From NCBI GenBank assembly GCA_963662285.2, contig CAXXMV010000008.1, forward strand, positions 224,001-288,000: a DNA stretch of 64,000 nt, read 5' to 3'. The notes beneath the pieces were generated by a model. It had not been told where the DNA came from, ran no database searches, and was given only the letters and a program-made list of their open reading frames with translations. The translations under genes were made by a program, and so were the position numbers. The DNA comes from a bacterium. Its GTDB lineage: Bacteria > Hinthialibacterota > Hinthialibacteria > Hinthialibacterales > Hinthialibacteraceae. Below, in pieces: positions 41,495 to 51,184 of this stretch. Position 1 is the stretch's first letter; each line of letters opens with the position of its first letter.

Positions 41495-42907
41495 ATGAAA
41501 GCTCGCATTCTGCTTGTTGAAGATGACCGTCGATACTCCTCCCTCATGGCTAAAAACCTGCAATTGGAGGATTACCAAGTCATGACCGCCTATTCGGGAG
41601 AAGAAGCGCTTGAGCAATTTGGCGGCGAGGCGTTTGATTTGATCCTCTCCGACATCAAAATGCCGGGCATCAGCGGCATTGAACTGCTCAACCGGCTCAA
41701 TGATATACGTTCGGGAGACGATCACGATACACCCGTCATGTTCCTGACTTCGGTTGATTCAGTTCGAGTGGCGGTAGACGCCATGAAAGCGGGCGCCGCC
41801 GATTACATCACCAAAGACGCTGACCGCGACGAAATCGTGCTGCGCATCGAAAAGGTCTTGCAAAGCGCCAAAGTTCACGCCGAAAACCGCAGCCTGCGCA
41901 AACAGATTCAAGCCATCGGTGAATTCGGGCAATTAATCGCCGTCAGCCCGGCCATGAAATCAATTCTGGATGAAGTCGAAGCCATTGCTGACGCGGGAAC
42001 CGGCATCCTGATCGAAGGAGAAACCGGGGTTGGCAAAGAGGTTATCGCCCGTTACATTCACAATTGCAGCCCACGCTCGGAAAAATCGTTTATAGACGTC
42101 AACTGCGCCGCCATTCCCTCTGACAACCTGTTTCAATCAGAAGTTTTCGGACACGAAAAAGGAGCTTTCACCGGGGCGACCGGACGCAAACGCGGCAAAC
42201 TGGAACTGGCCGACGATGGCACCCTGCTATTGGATGAGATCGGCGATATGCCCTTGGAAAGCCAGGGCAAGATTCTGCGCGCTCTAGAAACTCAGGAATT
42301 TGAACGCCTGGGCGGCAACATAAAAATCCGCGTTGATATTTCGGTAATCGCGGCGACCAACAAAGACCTGCGCTATGAGGTTGAAATGGGGCGCTTCCGG
42401 CAAGACCTTCTCTACCGCTTGGATATCATCCGCCTGCGCATTCCTCCTTTACGCGAACGGATCGAAGACATCAAGCCGCTGGCTCAACATTTTTTCGCTG
42501 AGTACGCCCGAAAATATAACCGACGCGCTCCTAAAATATCATCCCAGGCCGCTCAGTTGATGGAAGAATATCACTGGCCGGGCAATGTGCGCGAGTTAAA
42601 AAACCTTGCTGAACGCATCATCATCCGCCACCGTCAATGTGAAACTATTGACGACGCCCTGTTAAAACGTGAAGGCCTGGAAGTCGTGGGACGCCCCGTC
42701 AGTTCCCCACTGCACCCGCCTCAGACGGAACAACTCTCGCTCGAAGAGATCGAAAAACGCGCCATTATCTCAGCGCTCGAAAACGCCAACTGGGTGCAAA
42801 GCGAAGCCGCCCGGCTGCTGCAAATATCCCCCGACCGGATGCACTCCCGCATCAAAAAATACGGCCTGCATCACTCCTCATGGCGCACCCGTAAAAGCGA
42901 TAAATAA
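41495..42907 (+). CDS. Sigma-54-dependent response regulator (NtrC/AtoC family)
   Basis: REC domain (DLILSDIKMPG), GETGVGKE, GAFTGA, DEIGDM, WPGNVREL, Fis-type HTH. Confidence 0.96.
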   Translation: MKARILLVEDDRRYSSLMAKNLQLEDYQVMTAYSGEEALEQFGGEAFDLILSDIKMPGISGIELLNRLNDIRSGDDHDTPVMFLTSVDSVRVAVDAMKAGAADYITKDADRDEIVLRIEKVLQSAKVHAENRSLRKQIQAIGEFGQLIAVSPAMKSILDEVEAIADAGTGILIEGETGVGKEVIARYIHNCSPRSEKSFIDVNCAAIPSDNLFQSEVFGHEKGAFTGATGRKRGKLELADDGTLLLDEIGDMPLESQGKILRALETQEFERLGGNIKIRVDISVIAATNKDLRYEVEMGRFRQDLLYRLDIIRLRIPPLRERIEDIKPLAQHFFAEYARKYNRRAPKISSQAAQLMEEYHWPGNVRELKNLAERIIIRHRQCETIDDALLKREGLEVVGRPVSSPLHPPQTEQLSLEEIEKRAIISALENANWVQSEAARLLQISPDRMHSRIKKYGLHHSSWRTRKSDK

Positions 42908-43058
42908 GTATTCGGCTCATCTATTTTTGTCTGAATCTGGATACTCTGGATTCACCAGATATTCGGGATTTATTATATTTGGGCGATTGTAGGGGATGAA
43001 TCCTAAAACAATTCCCGCCGCATAAAATACAACCTACAAAACTATTCAATTACGTTCA

Positions 43059-43087
43059 TTGACGCAATTAAGCAAACATGATACAAA
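43059..43087 (+). promoter_or_regulatory. Sigma-70-type promoter candidate
   Basis: TTGACG-17 bp-TACAAA with extended TG; homologous copy at 48601-48629. Confidence 0.55.
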
Positions 43088-43337
43088 AGTATTAGAGTAT
43101 ACGAGGTTCGGCATTTCCTTGTATTTATATCATCTTTCAATTATTTATTTGGTGAAACTTAATGAAACGACTCTTGTTATGTGTTGTTATATTCGCTATG
43201 GCATTCGGAATGAATTGTTTTGCGCAAAATACTAATTTCAGACCTCCTGAGCTCACCCGTGGTTTGCGGTTCTCGCGGGATTTTGTTAGGATACTGGAGG
43301 GAAGGCCAATCCTGCAGAGTATGAGGGAGTTAAAAAA

Positions 43338-43802
43338 ATGCCGCAGACCTTATTACCTCTATTCGCATCAGGCGAAGGATTCATATCCGAGTTGATTTCC
43401 TATCAAAAAAAAGATGGATCGGTGTACTACTTTCATGCCGGATTACCGGTTTTCAGTCATGGGGAAACCGACCTGAAAAGTTTCCGCATGTTCACCAGCC
43501 AGTTGGCGGTCAGTGGAGTCTGCCGCCAAGTTGACATCGTTAGAGCCTTTGGCATCAGCGCCATCAGTATGAAGCGATGGGTCAAGAAATACCGCGAGGA
43601 AGGCCCGGAAGCATTCTTCAAAACTCCGCGCCGACGCAGCGAACATGTCCTGACGCCGGAGGTGTTGCAAAAAACCCAAGACCTCTTATCGCAGGGCGTG
43701 AGCCGTTCCGAAGCAGCGAAGCAAATGAATCTAAAATCGAATACCTTGTCGAAGGCGATCTGCGCAGGCCGCTTGACCGAACCGGTAAAAAAAAAGACCT
43801 GA
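43338..43802 (+). CDS. IS orfA, HTH DNA-binding part of the transposase
   Basis: RQVDIVRAFGISAISMKRWVKKYREEG HTH; ends just after the A9 run. Confidence 0.85.
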   Translation: MPQTLLPLFASGEGFISELISYQKKDGSVYYFHAGLPVFSHGETDLKSFRMFTSQLAVSGVCRQVDIVRAFGISAISMKRWVKKYREEGPEAFFKTPRRRSEHVLTPEVLQKTQDLLSQGVSRSEAAKQMNLKSNTLSKAICAGRLTEPVKKKT

Positions 43803-45526
43803 ACGGCAGCAACAAAAGCCAGCGCAGCGCGGCGGATCATGCCGCTCCCATGGGGATGGGATGTACGCGGGTCGTGGAGCGGGTCTGCGCGGCGACGGGG
43901 CAACTCAGCGAAGCGCCCACCCGTTTCGAGACCTCGCTGGACGTCTGCAATGGCGGCGTGCTTTGGGCGCTGCCGGCGTTATCGGCCAATGGATTGTTGA
44001 CCAAAACAGAAGCCTTGTTCTCCCTGCCCAAAGGTTATTATTCCTGCATTCATATTTTCCTGCTGTTAGCTTTCATGGCCTTGATCCGGATCAAGACCAA
44101 CGAACAGTTGCGCTATTTTCCGGCGGGAGAAGGGGGCAAATGGCTGGGATTGGATCGAATCCCCGAAGTGCGGACCTTGCGGGAAAAGATCAAAATCCTG
44201 GCGGCGCCCGAATCGGTCGCGCAATGGAGCCGCATCTTGTCACGGCATTGGATGGATAACAATCCAGAGGCGGCGGGAGTTCTGTATATCGATGGACACG
44301 TACGCGTCTATCACGGCTCGCAAACCCCGCTCCCCAAACGGTACGTGGCGCGCGACCGCTTGTGCATGCGGGGCACGACCGACTATTGGGTAAACGATCA
44401 GCAGGGCGATCCGTTCTTCGTGGTGAGCACGCCGTTCACCGCGGGATTGCTGGATATGTTGAAACGCGAGATCGCGCCGCAACTGCTGCAGGATGTTTCC
44501 AACCAGCCCAGCCCGCAACAACTCGAAGCGAATCCTTATTGCCATCGGTTTGTCATGATCTTTGACCGTGAGGGATACAGCCCAACCTTCTTCGCGGAGA
44601 TGCGGACGCTCCGCATCGCCTGCCAAACCTACAACAAGTATCCCAAAGAAGATTGGCCGGAAGCGGAATTCACCGAGGTCAATGTGGAGATGCCCGGCGG
44701 CCATTCATCCCGCATGAAATTGGCTGAACGAGGGGTGTTCCTGGGCCGGGTTTTGTGGGTGAGGGAAATCCGGAAACTCACAGAAAGCGGTCACCAAACC
44801 TCGGTGATCAGTACGGATTACGCCTCTGATTTCACCCGTATTGCGGCGCATATGTTCTCGCGATGGTCACAGGAAAACTTTTTCCGTTATATGATGCAAC
44901 ACTATGGAATTGATCGGCTTATCGACTACGATCTCGTCAAGCCGGATGATACCGTGAAAGTGGTCAATCCCGCCTATCGTTCTTTGGAAGGCCGGATAAA
45001 AAAACAAGCGGGACGATTGGGAAGAAAGAAGGCGGAGTTTGGAACTTTGGCGCTGACGGAATCCCAGGTGGAGGAGAAAGATATCTTATCCTTTGAACAA
45101 AAAAAGGGGGAAATCAAAGAAGATATCGAGCAGTTGGAGCATGAACTGGCCGGGATGAAGGAGGAACGTAAAACGGTTGACAAGCACTTGCCGCTTAATC
45201 AACTGCCGGAGCCGGAACGGTTTTTGCAACTCGCTCCGACGCGCAAACAATTTCTCGATGCGATTAAAATGATCGCCTATCGGGCGGAGACGGCCATGGC
45301 GATGATTGTGCGAACAAAATTGGCCCGAAGCGACGATGCCCGCTCATTGATTCGGGAAATATTTGCGACGGAAGCGGATCTCATTCCGGATGAGGAAAAC
45401 AAAACCTTAACGGTGCAGTTGCACCATTTGACCAACCACCTATCGGATCAAGCCGCCCGCAACTTAGCAGCGAATCTCAACGCCACAGAAACCATCTACC
45501 CCGGCACGGAATTGCGACTAATCTAA
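43787..45526 (+). CDS. IS orfB, catalytic transposase part, -1 frame relative to orfA
   Basis: YIDGH, IFDREG, RWSQENFF (D,D,E candidates); A9 slippery run at 43787-43795. Confidence 0.8.
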   Translation, partial: KKKDLNGSNKSQRSAADHAAPMGMGCTRVVERVCAATGQLSEAPTRFETSLDVCNGGVLWALPALSANGLLTKTEALFSLPKGYYSCIHIFLLLAFMALIRIKTNEQLRYFPAGEGGKWLGLDRIPEVRTLREKIKILAAPESVAQWSRILSRHWMDNNPEAAGVLYIDGHVRVYHGSQTPLPKRYVARDRLCMRGTTDYWVNDQQGDPFFVVSTPFTAGLLDMLKREIAPQLLQDVSNQPSPQQLEANPYCHRFVMIFDREGYSPTFFAEMRTLRIACQTYNKYPKEDWPEAEFTEVNVEMPGGHSSRMKLAERGVFLGRVLWVREIRKLTESGHQTSVISTDYASDFTRIAAHMFSRWSQENFFRYMMQHYGIDRLIDYDLVKPDDTVKVVNPAYRSLEGRIKKQAGRLGRKKAEFGTLALTESQVEEKDILSFEQKKGEIKEDIEQLEHELAGMKEERKTVDKHLPLNQLPEPERFLQLAPTRKQFLDAIKMIAYRAETAMAMIVRTKLARSDDARSLIREIFATEADLIPDEENKTLTVQLHHLTNHLSDQAARNLAANLNATETIYPGTELRLI

Positions 45527-48079
45527 AAACTGGTATCGGATGAAATTCCACCAGATCAGGAGGTCTGAATTTAATAGATTTTTCCGGCGACAGCGCGAAA
45601 GCCAATGGCATTACGCTGATTGGCGCCGGGTTTGGTGCGTATACCATGCCGGATGTTTCGTTTGGAGATATCCCGACAGATAACGCTTTTGACGGCGCTA
45701 CCGATGGCCGGGGCATAGTCATCACTGCTGATCCGGGCGAAGGCGTCATGGTACAAACTCCGCCGATATTATCTTCCAATTGCGCTCTTTTACGCTGCTC
45801 GGTGCGTTTGAACGCTCCTCATGCATCGCTCTATCTTGCATCGATTGACCAAGGCCAAAGTTCTTATGTTTCAACCATCACACCCAGTAATCCAGCGTCT
45901 TTTGTCAATCAGTATCAACGCATTGCTGATTTCTTTATCCCTCCATCTACCGGATTCCAGGGAATCTTTCAAGTTATCAATACCAGCGAAACTGACGTAT
46001 TGATGGCATATATTGATAACTTTGAAATAATTGAAATGGCGCCGGATCGGATTAATGTTTCACTTGACGATCTGGTTGGTTTTAAAAAACATATCCCTAC
46101 CAATACTCCACAGCAGACGCCTACTCCCCCGACAACACCGACGCCAACTGCTTATCAATCCAGTTTCACAGGCGAAACCGAAACCGTCCAACTCAATCTA
46201 CCCGAAAGCGCAACAGAACTGATCATGGTCAGAATCCCGGCTGGATCATTTACTATGGGATCGCCCGCTGATGAATTAGGGCGCAATAATGATTTTGAGT
46301 GGCTGCCTCATCAAGTCACGCTCACCAAGGATTTTTATATTGGAAAATATGAGATAACCAAAGCGCAATATAAAGCTGTAATGAAATCTAATCCAACATA
46401 TTTATCAAAATCTAACTATCCAGTTGATTCCATAGGTTGGTTTGATGCGGCGAGTTTCTGTAACGAACTTAGTAGACAAAAGGGATTAACTCCAGTTTAT
46501 AACAAATCAAATTGGAAGACGATTTGGTCGGCTGACGGATATCGGTTGCCTTCAGAGGCGGAGTGGGAATACGCCTGTCGGGCGGGAAGTCAGACCCGCT
46601 TCTTTTTCGGAGACGAATTGGAAATGGATGATTTAAAAGAAGAGTATAGTGGTATCGCCAATAAATATATGTGGTGGCAAGGAAATAATACCTCAAACGG
46701 AAATGAATACGGTCCCAAAGAAGTAGGATTAAAACTACCAAATCCCTGGGGCCTGCATGACATGCATGGCAATGTATGGGAATGGTGTAATGACTGGTGG
46801 AATTCTTGGACGGATGCGCCATTAAACCGAGATGCAATAGTTGATCCAGAAGGTATGCGAACAGGCAGCGACAGGCTAATCCGGGGCGGCGCCTATGGCA
46901 GTTCTGCTTACTTCAGCCGTTCGGCTAACCGCTTCAAGATGGGCCGTAATTACTATAGTACAGACGGGGGGATGCGTTTATGCCGCACGGTTTTCAAAAT
47001 TGCTCCGACGCCAACGCCGACATTAACACCGATTCCAACTCCAAATTTCACCGGAGAAACCGAAACTATCCCACTCGATATCCCTGAAGGCGCAAAAGAA
47101 CTGGTCATGGTCAAAATTCCGGTTGGAACTTTCACTATGGGATCGTCAAGCATAGAACAGGATGTCTACAACAGTGGAGCAACCCCGCACCTGGTTACTC
47201 TTACCAAGGAATTTTTCCTGAGTAAATATGAGGTAACCCAGGCGCAATGGCAAGCGGTGATGGGGAGTAATCCTTCAAATGGTTATGGGGTTGGAGATGA
47301 TTATCCAGTCTACAATGTATCCTGGCATGATTGCAAGACGTTTATTACTAAACTGAATACGCAAGGTTATGGGACATTCCGCCTGCCCACTGAGGCGGAA
47401 TGGGAACTAGCCTGCCGCGCTGGAACAGCCACAGAGTATTACTGGGGTGACAGCGATGAAGAAAGTCTAATGAAACAATATTGCTGGTACGACCAAAATG
47501 CTGACCAGGGATACTGGAGCAATCCCCACGCAAACCAAGAAGGAACACAGCCGGTAGGCTTAAAATCACCCAATGCGTTCGACTTATATGACATGAGCGG
47601 TAATGTGTGTGAATATTGCCAGGATTGGTTTAGTGCTTTACCTAGTATAAATCAGAAAAATCCTAAAGGCCCAAAAGAAGGCGCCTTCAAAGTTCTTCGC
47701 GGCGGCGGTTGGAGTTACCCTGCCAAGCACTGCCGTTCTGCGGCCCGTTTCAGGATCATACCTGAAGACATAAGCTACAGCAGGGGTTTACGTTTGTGCT
47801 GGACTCCGTAGCCATTTAGCATATTACTATTTATGCAGCCCAGACGCCAATGGCATTGTATTTTCCGCCTTTGATCGAGTCTACATCTTGTATTTCCTTT
47901 GCGTCAATTAGCACGATTGTCAAAAACATTTTCGTTTACAATCATTGTGGTCATCGAATCGCCCATCAGAATATTATTATGATACCTACTTTATCACGAC
48001 AAATTCGGGTTATAATGTATAAAGGTAGATAACCTTTCGGATTTAACTTCGCGCTATTAGATAAATAAGGATCAAATCA

Positions 48080-48295
48080 ATGAGAAACGAGTTTACTGCA
48101 ATTATCGAGCGGGATGAGGATTGGTTTATCGGCTACTGCCCCGAAATCCCTGGCGCCAACGGACAAGGACGGACAGCGGATGAATGTCGGCAAAATTTAT
48201 CTGAAGCCATTTCATTAATCCTTGAAGACCGCCGTCAGGACGCCCTTCGCGGAGCGCCGTTGGATGCCATACAAGATGTTGTAATCATCCAATGA
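48080..48295 (+). CDS. hicB: HicB-family antitoxin (short form)
   Basis: FTAIIERDEDWFIGYCPEIPGANGQGRT.DE...NL.EAI.L. Confidence 0.92.
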   Translation: MRNEFTAIIERDEDWFIGYCPEIPGANGQGRTADECRQNLSEAISLILEDRRQDALRGAPLDAIQDVVIIQ

Positions 48296-48483
48296 AACGA
48301 TCTGTTCTGTTACGCCACCTGCGTAAGTTTGGCTGTTATTTAAAACGTGAAGGATCATCTCATTCTCTATGGAGTGGTCCGGATACAGGCCATATTGAAG
48401 CCATCCCACGTCATACGGAAATCCCCGAACAATTAGCTAAAAAAATCTGTAAAAATCTTATGGTTCCCTGGATAGGTAAATAA
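48292..48483 (+). CDS. hicA: HicA-family mRNA interferase toxin
   Basis: LRKFGCYLKREGSSHSLW...AIPRHTEI...LAKKICK.L. Confidence 0.92.
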   Translation: MKRSVLLRHLRKFGCYLKREGSSHSLWSGPDTGHIEAIPRHTEIPEQLAKKICKNLMVPWIGK

Positions 48484-48600
48484 TCTCCTGTTCAAAATTA
48501 CCAAATCCTCTTTCCCAAGAGAAGAGAGTTAGAATGAGAATTAAATTCAACACACAACCCATCAAAACAAGTTAAATGCATTACAATACAATTTTATTCA

Positions 48601-48629
48601 TTGACGCAATCAAACAACTGTGATATAAA
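48601..48629 (+). promoter_or_regulatory. Sigma-70-type promoter candidate
   Basis: TTGACG-17 bp-TATAAA with extended TG. Confidence 0.55.
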
Positions 48630-48635
48630 AATTAT

Positions 48636-49586
48636 ATAAAGAACAGAGAATCACAGAATCTCGAGTTCAAGCAATCATTTCAATACGGAGATAGTCTTTT
48701 AGGGTATGCTCGTACTCTTGCTGGAATGGCAAACAATCAAGGGGGCAAGATCATTTTCGGTGTACAAGACAGTCCTCATGTACCACTTGGTTTAATGAAT
48801 GATAAATTTCAAAAATTCGATCCAAGCCATTTGAATCAGGTCTTTCTTAATTACTTTTCTATAGATATAGATTGGTCTATGGATACGTTTGAGCAGTTCG
48901 AAAAAACCTTTGGAATTATCACAGTTAATGAGGCTGCTACTAAACCCATTATTTGTTCAAAAACACATAACAAAGCAAAACTGAGAGAGGGAGCAATATA
49001 TTTTCGATATCGCGGTGAAACGCGTGAAATACGATATCAAGAACTCAAGGATATACTGGATTGCGAGAAAGAAAAGGAAAAAAAACTTTGGATGAACCAC
49101 ATCCAATCAATTGCCATGATAGGCCCACAGGCCGTTCAGATTGTCGATGCCCAGCGCGGTGAAATGACTGTTGGAGAATCTAAAATTATCATTGATCGCG
49201 ATTTAATCAGCAAACTTAAAGTTGTCAAAGAAGGACATTTTGATGAAAAAGCGGATACTCCAGCACTCCGGTTAGTTGGAGAGATTAGCGGTCTTCTCAA
49301 CACCGACACCGCAATATACACAGAAGCGGCCTACCCGTATGTCCAGAGTTCCTTCACTGAGAAACTTGCAATCAATTCATACGAATTTCAAGCACTTGCT
49401 TGGAAATTCTCCCTCAAAGGTAATCCAAGATACCACGCAAAATTGAAGACCGGCTCCAAAAGCAGTACTAATAAATACTCTACCGAGTCATTAGCGCTTC
49501 TACGAGACGAGATTCGCAACGACCCCGATCTTGTAAATCGAGTCAAGACCAAATTTAGCAACTACAAACGAAACAATAATCAATAA
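48636..49586 (+). CDS. AlbA_2/Schlafen-like domain protein; 5' start lost or non-canonical
   Basis: Frame is open upstream of ATG 48726: IKNRESQNLEFKQSF...LAGMANNQGGKIIFGV.D; IYFRY.G; TGA at 48621 and no ATG before RESQNLEFK. Confidence 0.7.
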   Translation: MKNRESQNLEFKQSFQYGDSLLGYARTLAGMANNQGGKIIFGVQDSPHVPLGLMNDKFQKFDPSHLNQVFLNYFSIDIDWSMDTFEQFEKTFGIITVNEAATKPIICSKTHNKAKLREGAIYFRYRGETREIRYQELKDILDCEKEKEKKLWMNHIQSIAMIGPQAVQIVDAQRGEMTVGESKIIIDRDLISKLKVVKEGHFDEKADTPALRLVGEISGLLNTDTAIYTEAAYPYVQSSFTEKLAINSYEFQALAWKFSLKGNPRYHAKLKTGSKSSTNKYSTESLALLRDEIRNDPDLVNRVKTKFSNYKRNNNQ

Positions 49587-49799
49587 ATAATTAATCGCGT
49601 TACTAGCAAAAATATGTTTATTAGGTATAAAAGTAGCAAAACAAGACCTAAAGGGATACCAAACTCCATAATTGATCACACGAAGGGCTTTTCGTATTAC
49701 AGTCTTGATCTTAATGCTATCTCAGCTGAATAATCTCATTCCCCCTCACCCCGGCCCTCTTCCGGCGGGAGAGGGAGCAAGTGGATGCGTAAAATAGAA

Positions 49800-49823
49800 C
49801 AGGCGCGGATTGCTCCGCGCCTG
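49800..49823 (-). terminator. Hairpin downstream of the oxidoreductase gene
   Basis: caggcgcgga-ttgc-tccgcgcctg. Confidence 0.6.
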
Positions 49824-49852
49824 AGTGTTTTTCGTCTGAGTTGAATGAGTGA

Positions 49853-51028
49853 TTACATATCCACCCATGAGTTGTTATTATTACTGCTTTCGAGGACTTT
49901 ATTGATAAAGTAAATGCCGAAGCGACCATCTTCGACGGTGGCGTATTGTGATCCATCGGCGCCTTGATAGGTTCCAGTTTGATAGGCACGGACATCTTTT
50001 TCAAAGCAGCGGTGTAGACGAGCAAAAGCGTCGTGAAAGGCTTCGCCGTGACCTGAGGGAATAGTAGGTTCGCCCAGCAGCGTATCGGGAATATCGCCGA
50101 AGAAGCCGTCGTTAGGCTGAACTTCACCACGCCAATAGATGCGGTATGGCTGGCCTGGAAGACGAATTTCAACCTTCTCAGGTTCTTCCTGACGCCAAAG
50201 CAGGCTGCCCTTGTCGCCGTTAACTTCGATGCTCATATCATTCAAATGACCGATGCAGATTTGGGAAGTGCGAACAATAGCGCGACCGCCGTTATTTAGT
50301 TGGGCGTAAACCGTCATGTGATCGTCCAATGCGCGGTTTTCGACGAAAGTTTCCATGTGACCACAAATCTTGACTGGTTCCAGACCTGTTACATAGCGCA
50401 GTTGCATCATGGCGTGGGTGCCGATGTCGCCGCCGCAGCCGCTGGCGCCAGAGCGTTTAGGATCAACGCGCCATTCAGCCTGCATGCAGCCGGTATCTTC
50501 GGTTCGGGTTGAGAGCCATCCCTGGATGTAACTCGCATCAACCCAACGCACTTTACCCAACAACCCCGAACGAACAATGAAACGGGAAAGACGGCTAGAC
50601 CAATGTCCCAGATAAGTATGAGCCGTGCAGAAAGGAATCTTCTTTTCATTAACGATTTTAACCAGCTGATCTGATTCATCCAAAGTAACGGTCAAAGGTT
50701 TTTCACAGAAAACCGGGATGCCTTTTTCCAGGGCTTTTTTGGCTGGATCAAAATGTACGTGGTTGGGAGTAACGATCAGAATATAATCAAGGCGCTCGCC
50801 TTCAGGTTTTTTCATCTCTTCATCGAGCATCTCGTCATAACTTTTATATCCGCGAATCGGATAAGCCCACGCTTCGGCTTCGCTCATGGCAATTGCGGGA
50901 TCAGGATGCAAAGCAGCGCATGCGACTCTCCGCGTTCCATCGAAAAAGATAGCTTTTTGATGAGGATTAACGATAAAAGCGCCGCCGCCTCCGCCAACCA
51001 ACCCAACGTTCAAAGGACGATTTGACAT
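49853..51028 (-). CDS. Gfo/Idh/MocA-family oxidoreductase
   Basis: GLVGGGGGAFI, IVTPNHVH, VFCEKP, GDIGTH. Confidence 0.95.
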   Translation of the reverse strand: MSNRPLNVGLVGGGGGAFIVNPHQKAIFFDGTRRVACAALHPDPAIAMSEAEAWAYPIRGYKSYDEMLDEEMKKPEGERLDYILIVTPNHVHFDPAKKALEKGIPVFCEKPLTVTLDESDQLVKIVNEKKIPFCTAHTYLGHWSSRLSRFIVRSGLLGKVRWVDASYIQGWLSTRTEDTGCMQAEWRVDPKRSGASGCGGDIGTHAMMQLRYVTGLEPVKICGHMETFVENRALDDHMTVYAQLNNGGRAIVRTSQICIGHLNDMSIEVNGDKGSLLWRQEEPEKVEIRLPGQPYRIYWRGEVQPNDGFFGDIPDTLLGEPTIPSGHGEAFHDAFARLHRCFEKDVRAYQTGTYQGADGSQYATVEDGRFGIYFINKVLESSNNNNSWVDM

Positions 51029-51184
51029 AGTAATTCTCCTTTTAAGTACAAAAATATTTATAAATGGTTTTTTCCATTAAAATTAAGTTAAAGCACATTA
51101 ATGCTATCCAAAATATCATCAAAAATATAGGTTTAGAGGTGATTACGCATCACTTTTCCTATTAGAGTGTTTCGATTTAGCGCC

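Larger units (their letters stand above)
43239..45567 (+). mobile_element. Insertion sequence, 2329 bp, DDE-type transposase, family not assigned
   Basis: Terminal IRs CAGACCTCCTGA / TCAGGAGGTCTG; 5-bp direct repeat AATTT at 43234-43238 and 45568-45572; higher GC than flanks. Confidence 0.93.
43162..47811 (+). pseudogene. Secreted double FGE-sulfatase (SUMF1/CLec-fold) domain gene interrupted by an IS
   Basis: Removing 43239-45572 fuses the signal peptide MKRLLLCVV...FAQNT in frame to NLIDFSGDSAKANG...MPDVSF (771 aa); two F.MGS...RLP.EAEWE.ACRAG...DM.GNV.E domains with PT-rich linkers. Confidence 0.9.

Noticed and set aside
43162-43395. 77-aa ORF as an independent gene
   Set aside because: It is the signal-peptide portion of the interrupted FGE gene reading into the IS left end.
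43577-43786. ORF-track N-terminus of the 649-aa transposase
   Set aside because: It overlaps orfA in another frame; the real product most likely arises by frameshift at the A9 run.
45646-47811. FGE/CLec domains as diversity-generating retroelement targets
   Set aside because: No reverse transcriptase and no template repeat with adenine-specific mismatches seen in the window; the two domain ends differ at all base types.
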